Assembly (NCBI GenBank): GCA_965645245.1
Contig: OZ287083.1
Span: 496,001-560,000, forward strand
Direction: 5' to 3'
From: Massalongia carnosa
Taxonomy: Eukaryota
Length of the DNA stretch: 64,000 nt
Shown: piece by piece, positions 26,645 through 38,027 of the stretch
How the letters are laid out: each line of letters starts with the position of its first letter
Position numbering within the stretch: position 1 is the first letter of the stretch
Program-made: the position numbers and the translations under genes
Notes under the pieces: model-generated
What the model saw: the letters and a program-made list of their open reading frames with translations, nothing else
Databases searched by the model: none
Told to the model about the DNA's origin: nothing

Positions 26645-29306
26645 GAGTACGGATACGTGGACACCCCTTTGGTTACCTGGACACCCCCTGAGGTTACCTG
26701 GACACCCCCCAGTGATACACGGACACCCCCTTCCTAGAATAGGTAAGAATCAAGGGTTCAGGCCCCTCACTTACCCACTTCGGGGTAAGCTCCCGGGCGC
26801 ATATCGGGGAAATTTTTTCCTTCACCTTTTGAAAGTGGTCGGGAGTTTCTGAAACGAAGTCGATTGGCACTGTCTTTGCAAATCAGACTCTGATTCTAGA
26901 AACTAAGCCTCATTTGGTCTAATTAATGATGATAACCTCCTCATCTCCGCTTGCTGTCGCTGTCCCCCCCCCCCCTGTCGCCGTCCCCGCCTCCGAGTCA
27001 TTTGTAGTCAGCCTATCTGCCAATCCCCTTGTTATAACCCCTCCTCTAGCCCTACCTCCCCGTCCCCGTCCCCATCCCGATCCCCGTCCCCGTCTGCCTC
27101 GTCCACGACCAGGTGCCGGGTCCGCTCGATGAACGGCTGATTGATCTGCATCCGGGTCCACCCGCTCGAAAAGGGAAGGATCACGATTAGTAGATGCCTC
27201 GAATGCTTGCTGTCTTCTATTCAAATTCTCCGCACCTGGAGGTCTACCCCTTGGTCTAGCAACTTCGGGTGCCTGAACCCGAAGATAAGGATTATCAATA
27301 GCCACACGGGCTGTCCTATCAAACCTCCAATGAGGATGAATATCTTCCAATAGCAACTTTCCCCCCCCATCCCCATACAATCGTTCCTGAATCTTATGAC
27401 TGCACGGAAGACCCATGGTTAAACTGAACGTTCCAGTACAGGCCGGAATAGCTGTTGGTTGACCAACCAAACGTTCGTATTGAGGCATTATCTTTCTCAA
27501 AGCATAGGAAGTGACGTATGGACTGATTTCCTGAAAGATAGGTTTGCGAATATCCATAGGTAGTCGCACCTTCGCTTCATCAAGACGAATCAGATGATTG
27601 TGAAGTTCATTGATCAATAGAAGATTGATTCCGTCCACCACCGTCTTAAGATCTCCAGATGATGACCCTAGCTGTCGCTTAAGTACTGCATGCCCACCTT
27701 CACCTCGAGAGGTAGTGGTGGTTTCGAAATGAGTAATCATACTGGTATAGCACTTGACAAAACGATGTCGGAAGGGTATGTAGATGTCGTTTAGATATTC
27801 CACACATTGATCCTGACCCTGATACTGAATCCTGAATCGCTCCCATGACTCCAAAAACTCTGGTTCTGACGAGGCATAAACGACCGTTTTCCAGTCAGCG
27901 AAGAAGGAGTCTCACGCCTCTTTGGTATCGAAGCTCTTCTTGCAATTGGTCAGGACGTTATTATTGATGTGCCATAAGCAAAGCAGATGATTGGTTGCGG
28001 GGAAAACATCCTCAATTCCAGCTATCAGACTCTTTTCCATGTCCGTGACTATGACGATCGGGTTAGGAAGCATCATCCCATCATACATACCTCGCAATTG
28101 CTGCAACATCCAGGTATAATCAGACGTGGCTTCCTTGGCCATGAAGCAAAATGCCACATAGAAGTTGGTATGTAGGGCGGTTTGACCACTGATGATCAAT
28201 AAGGGCATCTTATATCTGTTGGTTTTGTAAGTGGCGTCCATCACCAACACCTCGTAATTCGTCTTCAATAGTCGTTGAGAACAGCCCTTAATAAAGAATA
28301 AATGAGTTATTCTATCTATATCATCCTTTTGCATCTGATACGTCCAATCTCCTTGATCCAGCTCTCGGATTAATGCCTGAACCGGAGTCAATGGGCCGAG
28401 TGTCTCGCGACGAAGCTGTGCTTTGACGTTGTAGATATCCCGAGGTTTGAATAAGGGATTGATGATGTAGGGATTTTCTGGATCGTCAAAATTGATTCCC
28501 GTCGTCGGATCAGCAACACGAAGACTAGATAAAATCTTGAAAGGGGCTGTTTGCACGATCAGAGCTCGGGAAATCTCACTTTTAACCTCTTTCGTCATCG
28601 CCAATTTCCTCAACGCTAGATGAGCACCAGCGAGGGTAGAAGCATGATTATGAGTCGATTTGACCACCTCCAAAAACCAGATACCACTGTCGTTTTCTCG
28701 TGTGGCCACACAAGAGAAAGGGCATTCAATTCGTCGGCTACCCGTATGTCGCCGATCCTGACCTCTTGGTCCGTCGGTTTTTCTTCCTCGATCACATATC
28801 AGCCATGCCTTTCTTGTTACCTTAAGTTTCGACTTCTTGGTTCGACCCAAAACGACTGCGTATCCTTGACGACCAGCATGCTCATTGACTCGTAGAACCA
28901 GGTCTTCCAGACTTTCAAAACTTTGTCCATCCTCGGGGGGTGCAAGTCCGCCAGGGGGTAGAGGGCCAGGTGGTCGGGGTGGAGTAGCTGGTTCATCTTC
29001 GAGGGGTGCAAGTCCGTCAGGAGGTGGGGCAGGAGGTGGGGGGTCAGGAGGTGGTGCAGACATGATAAAGTGTCAAAATGTTGGTGATGAGGATGTTTAC
29101 TAAGTGCCAAAATGTTGGTGTTTACGGTTGAAAAAAAATTCCCGAGGTGCACCCTCGGGAGCTTACCCCGAAGTGGGTAAGTGAGGGGGCTGAACCCTTG
29201 ATTCTTACCTATTCTAGGAAGGGGGTGTCCGTGTATCACTGGGGGGTGTCCAGGTAACCTCAGGGGGTGTCCAGGTAGCCAAAGGGGTGTCCAAGTATCC
29301 GTACTC
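26645..29306 (-). mobile_element. Mutator-like DNA transposon (MULE), 2662 bp
   Basis: 151-bp TIRs (26645-26795, 29156-29306; start GAGTACGGATAC; 3 mismatches), 8-bp TSD TATATTAT (26637-26644 and 29307-29314), internal transposase. Confidence 0.95.
26919..29063 (-). pseudogene. MULE transposase with one internal stop
   Basis: The two ORFs are in one frame, separated only by TGA at 27912-27914 (TKEA*DSFFADW). FAR1/WRKY-like finger (ICDRG..ECPF..HNH), catalytic motifs VMDATYKTN, VTDME, LCLWHI, TTSRGEGGH, SWIM-like CTG..GLPCSH, AT-hook RPRGRP. Confidence 0.9.
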
Positions 29307-29531
29307 TATATTATATACACCCCGAACTTAGGATTGGCAATTACCGTTTACGATCAGGAAAGGGAGCAGGGCCGCTTTAGAGGGAGCATCGAGGGAGCAA
29401 CGGGGGAGCAAGAGGGAGCAAGGGGAGCACCGAGGGAGCACCGAGAGAGCAAGAGGGAGCACTATGGGGCAGTGCAAGGGCGCAGCAGGTGGGAGCCTGA
29501 AATGGCTCCATTGATATCGGCTTGAGCTGCC
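29307..29531 (+). repeat. Cassette left end, copy 1, with GGGAGCA array
   Basis: TATATTATATACACCCCGAACTTAGGATT...about 9 GAGCA units...TCGGCTTGAGCTGCC. Confidence 0.9.
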
Positions 29532-30054
29532 TTTACTGTTGATCACTTCACTGAGGCCCACCTGCTGTTACCGGCCAGGCTACGCCTGTGCTATGCTTTG
29601 CATGCTTACCTCTTCATGTTTCGGTACTGTAAGATCCGGACCCCTAGCACGGCGACGTCGGGTGCTTAGCGCCCTCCTTTCGTTGTCCGGGCTCTCGTAG
29701 ATACATTAAGGCAGGCCGCCCCTAGATTGCTCAGTAGCAATTAGTCTTCTACCATCTCCGCTGTCTGCTCACCGGTGCCGCGCCTTCGTATCGCCTGCTT
29801 CACGCTGTCACACCTCCAACCCTACAGGTACATAAATCGGATTAACTTAACTCCGCACAAAGCTTTCCTCTTCTACGCCTTCTATACTCGCTTTATCTAA
29901 CTAGATAAATTATTCTAGTCTATATGTACCCCGTCGCTCCTTGACCCAAGAACCCTCGATATTGCGCTTTTCCGCTTTTTAGTTTTCACAGCAGAGCGGA
30001 TTTTGCTAAAAGACGTATTTCTAAATTCCTATGCTGACGTAATACTCTAGAGCC

Positions 30055-32057
30055 ATGATACCTGTGGAGCCGATCAGTCTGTCAATTAGTGCGGTGGCCC
30101 TCGCGACTCTCTTCAGCTCTTGCTTGGAATGTTTCGACTACTTTCAGAGCGCCAAATCGTTCGCGAATGATCTTGACCTTCTGCTCGCGAAACTCGACTG
30201 CCAAAAAGAGCGACTGCTTACTTGGGGTGATCTGGTTGGTATCTCTAAATCTATTGAGGAAGGACGCCACCCAGATCTAGACTCTTCAAAAGGCGGACTT
30301 ATACACAGGTGCCTCCACTCCATCGAATCGCTGTTCTCGAGCACGGACAAGCTTCGAAAAGAGTATGGAGTGGAAAGTACAACCGCCCCTTTTTCGGCCG
30401 AAAACTCTCCAGATTACCTCAGCTCCAATAGAATGGATCGATTTCGAAAGTCTTACCTGCGGATTCGCTCATCCCCCACGAACCAGAGTAGAGGTAATAT
30501 TTTGTCAAAGACGAAATGGGCAATCCACGATAAAGCCAAGTTTGAGGCCCTCATCTATCACATCAAAGATCTTACCGTTGATATACATAACATCATACCA
30601 GTTTCAGCGCGATCTCAAGATAAAATGGTCCACAAGGACATCGCTTCCCTCGCCCTTCCAAGGTTACGCTTAGTCCAAAATGCTTGTGAAGGAACGTATC
30701 AAAACTGGTCAGATGTTGCCAGTGCCATCTTGATGGCCTCGGAGGCTGGGACAATCGACCGTCGAAGTGTTCGGGAGTGGCTTCAAGATACCAAGAGCGT
30801 AGAGCACGATGTCGCCGAGACTACGATAAGCACAGATGTCTCTATCGGATCTACTTTGGTCCACAAGGGTAAATTTTGTTTCAACAGAGTGACGCGATCA
30901 CCTTAACTCACATTCGTAAAGGGTTCGACCTCAGTGTCTCATCAAACACCAAATTCTACTTTGTATTTACCTCCGGCTGCTTTTCTAACGACTCGGAGAC
31001 GTATTGTCAACAAAAGGCATTCGGGCTCATGAGCTTGAAACAAAAAGGGGAAAGCTTCCTTCCAGGATTAAGTACATCACTTGCTAGAGAAGGAACTCTT
31101 GGACGTCGAATCACGAAGTCTATGAACGTGAAATTCGACTCGGATGATCTTGAAATGCTTCGCCAAGCAAACTACGATGTCAGTGATTTTCAAAAAGCTG
31201 CAATAGAGGCAAATCTGCCTTTAGGAAATGTATATGTATATTGTGCCCCATGTGCATGTGCTGTGCGAACCGCTCTCACAGTATGTGTTCAAGGTAGCTC
31301 GAAGTATCTTCCCTACAAGACAAGGGTGGACGACAGAATTTGCGCTAGTTGTTGTCCAGAGACGACCAAAATGGACCGGCTCATCTCTCTAGTTACCACT
31401 ATCAAAGAGATCGAAGCAGCACTTGTATCCGAAACAAGTGAATTTAATACGACCTGGGTAGGACACCTCGATCGTGTTTGGATTGAACAAAGAGTATACC
31501 GACTAGAAGAAGAAATCTATGCCCAGAATGATCCAAGATCTCGATTGGAAAGTGGAGCAGAGCTTCTGACAGAGTTTGCAAAACAAGAAAAAGCGACTGG
31601 CATTGTTTTCCTCGGAGAACTCGATTACTGTCAATGGATGTTACAAACGCAGCCTTTTCCATGGAAAGCGAGGGTTCCGAAGGAGACCGAGATCTATCAA
31701 CTTGAAAAGACGGCAAATCGACAGGGTTGGGATCGGAAATATCTCGGGACATTCACTCCGAAGAATTTCACCGCGACTGCAACCTACCTAAAGAGCGGCA
31801 CGTCAATGAAAACGCCTAAGTTAGAGGCAGCAAAAACTTTACCTTCGTTGCGTCCCACGCTGAGACATGCCCCGCCAAACTTGGAGCGCCAAGATTCTGA
31901 AGAACAGGAAGGGATAGATTCCAAGAAAAACCCAAGAGTGCAAGCTTCTACCAGCACACCTATCTCTAAAAATAGCACGGGAAGAGATGCTAAGTCCGAG
32001 CTCCAACCCATCTCAGAACCTTTTTTAGTTAAGACATTACTCCCGAAAATGACTTAG
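30055..32057 (+). CDS. HeLo (prion-inhibition)-domain protein with an unrecognised Cys-rich C-terminal domain
   Basis: EPISLSISAVALATLFSSCLECFDYF..DLDLLLAKLDCQKERLLTWGDLVG..KTKWAIHDKAKFEALI. A phase-1 intron at 30869-30921 joins the two ORFs in frame with no internal stops. Confidence 0.88.
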
Positions 32058-32239
32058 GCATATTGGCACATCCATTAAATCGAATGCAGTAGGCTATTGT
32101 CTTGGTTGTGGGTTGAAATTCACCCATTTTAGGCTCCGATTACTACGCCACTGCACTTCCCAATAGCGATCTTTTCGCGTTCTCGATACTCCATTGATAC
32201 TACCCCTTGCTTCCTTGCTACTTCCCCTAATACGGCCCT

Positions 32240-32624
32240 GCTCGCTTTAAAGGGAGTACAGAGGAAGCACTGAGGGAGCATAAGGGAGCATCGAGGGAGC
32301 ATGGGGGAGCATCAGGGGAGTAAAAGCACGAAGCGGGCCTTCGCGTGGGAGCAATGTTGCGGTGCTGAATATTTGAATCTTGAGGATACAATATATATAT
32401 ATTATATACACCCCGAACTTAGGATTCGAGATTACCGCTTTTGATCGGGAAAGGGAGCAAGGCCACTTTAGAGGGAGCACCGAGGGAGCAAGGGAGAGTA
32501 CCGAGGGAGCACCGAGGAAGCAGGAGGGAGCGCCGAGGGAGCAAGAGGGAGCACTATGAGGCGGTGTAGGGGCGCAGTAGATGGGAGCGTGAAATGGGTC
32601 CCCCAGCCTTCGGCTTGAGCTGCC
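32240..32624 (+). repeat. Right end / (TA)n / left end junction between the cassettes
   Basis: GGGAGCA array, 62-bp right terminus ending GAGGATAC (32389), short TA run, then left end copy 2 (32398-32624). Confidence 0.9.
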
Positions 32625-35600
32625 CCCGTCGTTTTCAATACCTTCAACCCCACTCCCACAGAATCTGTAACGGATTAACCCTTCGAGCGCGTTCTGCCCT
32701 GCCAAGGTCCATGTCAAGGATCTATGCATCAGTGATCATGACCTGAGCATGCCAAGCCATGCGCCTATTCGGGTTTAGCTTAGTAAGGCTGATAGGGCTG
32801 AGAAGCATCCTTCCTGGTCAACATAGATAGATTTCTTTATCAATCATACAATGATTCGACCAACCACCAAGCAACAGCTTAAAACCTCAACACTGTGGCT
32901 TAGCTAACACTTAAGCTTTCTTAAGTCTCCGGTTGACCTGTACACCCCCGCGCAGGCCTGTCGCCAAGCCTGTAGCACTCAACCTATCTATGGGATAGCT
33001 CCTAACAGCTTCGTTCCAGTTTCCTACGTTCTACAGTGCCTCGTAAATTACTCGTGCCACCTAGTTAGGCCGCTTTCTCAATGGTATCGCTTAGCTTGTG
33101 CTCTTATTTAGCACAGTAGTCTGTTTCAACGAGCCTCTTATATCAACTTATCGGACAAGTCAGGCTAATGGACATCTTCACCAGGAAGCGGAAGCAAGCC
33201 GGTGATCAAGAGTCGCTCAATGAAGGGTCCGATTCGTTGAGTATGAAATTGAAGAAGATATCACGCACGTATGGGCTTGAAATGCTTTATCAACCGGAAG
33301 ATGAGTCGAGTGCGACTAACGAGTTAGTGCCGTGAATGCATATCTACGGTTCAGGCTAATTCAATACAGTATTGTCTTTGTCTACGGCTTGGGAGGAAGT
33401 ATACAGACTACTTGGCTTCATGAGAAGTCTAAGGTTCACTGGCCAAAAGCTTTTATTGCCCAAGATCTTTCGAACTTCCGCGTGTTCGCATTTGGTTATG
33501 ACGCCGATGTTGTCAACACATGGAATCCAGCCTCTAAGAGTCGTATAACAAATCATGCACAGGATTTATTGGATGCGCTGGCTGGTGAAAGATATCTCTC
33601 TGAAACAGTAAGTTATAATGAAAGGCAAAACGACAACAAGTGTCTAAAGAATAAAATCTTTGAACAGAATGAACGAATGATTATATTTATCGGACACAGT
33701 CTTGGCGGACTGGTCATTCAACAGACGTTGTTAGCGTCGAAGAATGCTGTCGAAAAGTATATGCAAATGATTCACAAACGTACCTATGCTATTGCTTTCC
33801 TCGGAACTCTATACCAGGGGGCGGATCTGGCTAGATGGGCAGCATTCGGATCACAGATCATGAGTGTTTTCAAGTGCTCCAACACTGCTGTGCTCGACGT
33901 TCTACGACCTGGATCCGAATTGTTGGCGCAAATCCAGGAGAATTTCCAGAAAATGCTACGACTACGTAAGAGAGACGGTAGACCGATTCATATTATATGT
34001 TTTTATGAGCAGCTACCGCTAATGGTTACTGGAGACGTGAGTCATAATAATTCTATTTTTTACACTACAACGCTGATCTTTATAGCTTGTAGTTACTGCG
34101 CAGTCGGCGGTCCTACTAGCCTATCCGAGTTACGGCATTCATGCAAACCACATGGTTAGTCGAGCAGGCTAATATTGGAAAATATACTAATTTGTTAGGA
34201 CATGACGAAGTTCGAAACGCGGGGTGACGATGGGTATCAAACCGTCCTAAAGAGCCTCTTGATTTGGCAAAAGGGAATGTCTCAGATAGAGTCAGGTTCC
34301 ACGTCTAGGTGCTGTACGTAAAGAGAGCTTTTTTTTGAAGATCAACTAAACCCACGATCTTAGCACTTTCCGCTAGAGACGAAAGGCTTCTTCAAAAGTT
34401 CTACACTTGTGACTATGAAAGTCATAAAATGCTGTTACCTTCCGCAGTTGCCGGGACATACGAATGGATCCAGCAACATCAAAAGTATATACAATGGAAA
34501 GCTGGGTTTGGACCACGCCTTTTATAGATGACCTCTGATCCTGGATGTGGAAAATCGGTCCTGGTCTCATATCTTATCGATCAGCTCTATAGCGAGCGCA
34601 AAGCTGGTAGCAATGTTTGCTACTTCTTCTTCAGCGACTGCGACGGAGAGCGGAATAATAGTTCGAGTATGACGCGTTGCGTACTTCACTAGATTTTTAC
34701 CGCACAACCTCACCTTTTCAGACACGCGGAAGCGGAATTACGCAACAAAGGGAGCAGAGCCACCGAGCAATTTGCTACCATATGGGGAATTTTCCTAGCC
34801 GCTATCAGAGATCCACAGTGCAGAGAATTATACTGTCTTATCGATGCACTAGACGAGTGCGAATCTCACAGTCGGCAGCAGCTCATTAAGGCTTTGTCAG
34901 AGCTTTTCTCCAGCGAACCATCTGGCTGCGAAACAGCGCGGATTCGAGTGTTTGTGACAACTCGTACTATTGAGTACCTCAAATCTGGACCTCGTGGCCC
35001 TCAGAGCGTGACTTTAAGCGGGGAAGAAGCAATGGAATCCATCAGTAACGACATCTCTTTAGTTGTAAGAGCTAGGGTCAACGCGTTGACGCAAAGAAGG
35101 CGACTTCCAGAAGACGTTCAAAATCGACTAATTCAGCAACTTCAGAAAGATGCCGACCACACCTTCTTATGGGTTACACTTGTGCTTGAAATGTTAGAGG
35201 ATTCAGCAAATGCCTCGGAAGAAGCTTTGAATATCATGATTCAAGATCTGCCAAACGATCTGGATGGCGTATACGAGAAACTTCTATCACAAGCCAGTGA
35301 TGTTGAGATGGCTCGAAGAATCCTTCATATTGTCGTGGCGTCCTTCAGACCCTTCACGCTGAAGGAGATTAACATAGCTCTAGCCATACACTCTGACGAT
35401 TTTGCGATTGCAGATATGAAGCCTAAATTGGATCCAAGCATTGATTACGCTATCAGGAAAATATGTGGACCTATCGTTCGAATCAGTGACTCTAAGGTGA
35501 CTCTCGTCCATTCAACAGCAAAGTCTTTTCTACTCCGAAGGCCTCTCTATCCCGCCTCGGCAGGCAACTCGTGGAAGCGCTCGCTGTCTTCTGTTGACTC

Positions 35601-37547
35601 ACATAGTCTACTCGTCGACATCTGCACAAAATTCCTCTCCTTGGAAGAGATCAAAAATGACAGCATTTTGGATACTATCTATCCGAGCGATGTCGAAAGT
35701 GATGATCGCGAAAGCCAGTGCGGGAGTACGATAAACGATACAATTCGAAAAGGAGACCCATACGATAAAGAACGATTAGTGCTTATTGTGGATATTTATA
35801 CAAAACGATATGAATTCTTAGACTATTCTGCAAAACACTGGACTGAGCATTATCGCCGAAGCGAAAGAAAATGGTCGCTGATTCCTCGTATTGCGAGTCT
35901 CTGTGACGCATTCCAACCGTCTAGTTACTACACATGGTTTTACGTCTACACGACTTCTTCACCAATGTGGGGATATGAATACATTGAACTCTCGACGCTT
36001 ATGGTTGCGTCTTACTTTGGGCTTGAAGACCTCGCCGCAGAAGTGATCGGTAGCGGTGTTCGGATAGACGAAATTGATAATTGTAATTGGACCGCTTTGA
36101 TGTACGCAGCATGGAGCGGCTCTGAAGGGATTACAAAGATGCTATTGAAGAACGGGGCTAGGGTGAACGCGATAGGAGATTCACACACTGCGACTTTTCG
36201 AGAGGAGCACACGGCACTGATGGCTGCAGCGGCGAATGGACATACGGAAATCGTTCATCTGCTAATAGACCATGGCGCTGAAACAAAAACCCACACGGAA
36301 TTTGCGCTTTCTACAGCAGCTGCGAAAGGTCATGAAAGTGTAGTTGCCACGCTCCTAGGCAATGGCTGCGATATTGAGGAGTGCAATTATTACGGACAAG
36401 TCCCATTGCATCACGCATGTCTTAGCGGAAGAGGCAATGTGTTCAAGCTCTTGATTAGCCATGGTGCAAACCATTTCACCAAAGACAGGAATGGTAGGAG
36501 TGCGCTGGACATGGCAGTAGAATCCGGCTCCGAGGAAATCGTCAAATGGTTGCTAGCAAAAGGCGCAGACATTAACGGCACTGATTGCTATGGTACGACA
36601 GCCTTTGATCTTGCGCACTTTTTCGGACACAATCGCGTCATGCGTCTTCTTCTCGATCACGGAGCAAAGAGTCCTTATCTGGGAGATATTGATGAGAATC
36701 AGATTCAACCAAAGCAAGACGAGTTTTCATATAATGAGCGCTTAAGAAGCCTCGATTTCAATTCATTTACTTTAATGGAAATCCTTTGCTGCTTCCCTTG
36801 GGTCCTTCGAAAGGCATTACTGAGACCTGATGGTAAAGGCAACTTCGAAGATAATTCAAATTGGGGCGATGGGTTGGAAGGCCAGGTTCAGGAAATAGCA
36901 AAAAGGGTTGTTGCAATGATTGACGCATAATGTTGAGGGACAGGAAAAATCTTGATCAAGATAATGGAATCGTCTCTTTTTGGGGTAATTTTGTGGATGG
37001 TACAGGTTTTGGATCTAAAGTAATAAATCTAAATTCGTACCCAATGTCGCAAATAGCCAAAGTGTAGCCAAAGTGTCCCCGAAGCCGCGCTTCTCCCCTC
37101 GCAGGATTTGCAGTCTGAAACATGAGGGAGACGGCTGGCTCATATTGGTAAAGAGAGAGATGATAAGGGTCTTACACAGGATTCGGAGACTTTCATACCG
37201 ACTATAGTTGACAGAATCCTCACAACAGAGGGTTAGTGGTGAGTTATATTAGGCATAGCGAAAGAGCTAGGGGGTGTTGGAGGGAGGTAGCGTCTGAGCA
37301 GTCCCTGAGCAGCAAGGGAGTATTAAAAGAGTATAGAGGAGTAGCGAAAAAGCAAAAGGGCGCAGCGAGGGAGAGCATGGGGGAGCAGCGAGGGAGCAGG
37401 GGAGAGCACGAGGGAGCCTAGGAGCGAGCAGTGAGGGAGCAGGGGGATGCAGCGGGGGAGCAGCGGGGGAGCATGAGGGAGCAAATTAACGAAATGGGCC
37501 TTAGCATGGGAGCAATGTGGCGGTGCTATACTTTTGAAACTCGAGGA

Positions 37548-37550
<3 letters not shown>
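32398..37550 (+). mobile_element. Putative mobile cassette 2 (left end - NLR gene - right end)
   Basis: Same terminal modules as cassette 1 with an unrelated interior, followed by (TA)19 at 37551-37588. Confidence 0.75.
33168..36930 (+). pseudogene. Fungal NLR: alpha/beta-hydrolase (SesB-like) - NACHT - ankyrin repeats, with two premature stops
   Basis: DIVFVYGLGG, FGYDAD, nucleophile GHSLGG, Walker A DPGCGKS, Walker B CLIDALDEC, TFLWVTLVL, ankyrin repeats (WTALMYAA, TALMAAAANGH, PLHHAC). In-frame TAG at 34525-34527 and 34690-34692. Several short introns in the 5' part. Confidence 0.9.

Positions 37551-37588
<38 letters not shown>
37300..37588 (+). repeat. Cassette right end, copy 2, plus (TA)19
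   Basis: Long GGGAGCA/GAGTA array. 37489-37550 aligns ungapped with 32328-32389 at 51/62 identity. Confidence 0.9.
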
Positions 37589-37590
<2 letters not shown>

Positions 37591-37725
37591 AGTTTACGCG
37601 CAGGACGAGGAAAGTCGGATGGATGGATGGATGGATGGGCTTTTTTCTTCTTCTTCTTGTTGTTGCCGTCTGGTTTTCTTGGTTTTTTTTCTTGGGGTTT
37701 TTTCTTCGGGATCCCGCCCGCCAAC

Positions 37726-37757
<32 letters not shown>

Positions 37758-38027
37758 GATTGTCTATGTTGTTCTGGCTTCCTTTTTATTTATTTATGTA
37801 TTTTTCAACTCCGTGCCAGCTATGTACAATTTGTTTTGGAAATACCATTGAGATATTTTGAGCAAAAGGGTTGGGCGACGCCAATCAGAGGTTAGATAAC
37901 GATCAGTCATAGTAACCGAGAAAGAGTTGTATGATCAACTACACATTGTACCAAGGCTGTCCAACCTCTAGCTCAAGGAACTTCTTTGGTATATGGGACT
38001 CCTGCATCATCATATGTCATAGAGCTA

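Larger units (their letters stand above)
29307..32389 (+). mobile_element. Putative mobile cassette 1 (left end - HeLo gene - right end)
   Basis: Left end 29307-29531 is homologous to 32398-32624. Right end 32328-32389 is homologous to 37489-37550. Bounded by TA runs. Confidence 0.75.

Noticed and set aside
27912..27914. Programmed readthrough or selenocysteine at the transposase TGA
   Set aside because: No supporting signal seen. A single TGG->TGA mutation is simpler.
32247..32729. ORFs over the cassette ends and microsatellites (also 29328-29561, 37323-37895, 26577-26852)
   Set aside because: Low-complexity translations of repeats and TIRs.
29307..37588. GGGAGCA arrays as CRISPR, LTRs, CACTA or Helitron ends
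   Set aside because: No unique spacers, no TG...CA LTR pair or gag/pol, the right end does not end in GTG, and there is no CTRR terminus with a hairpin.
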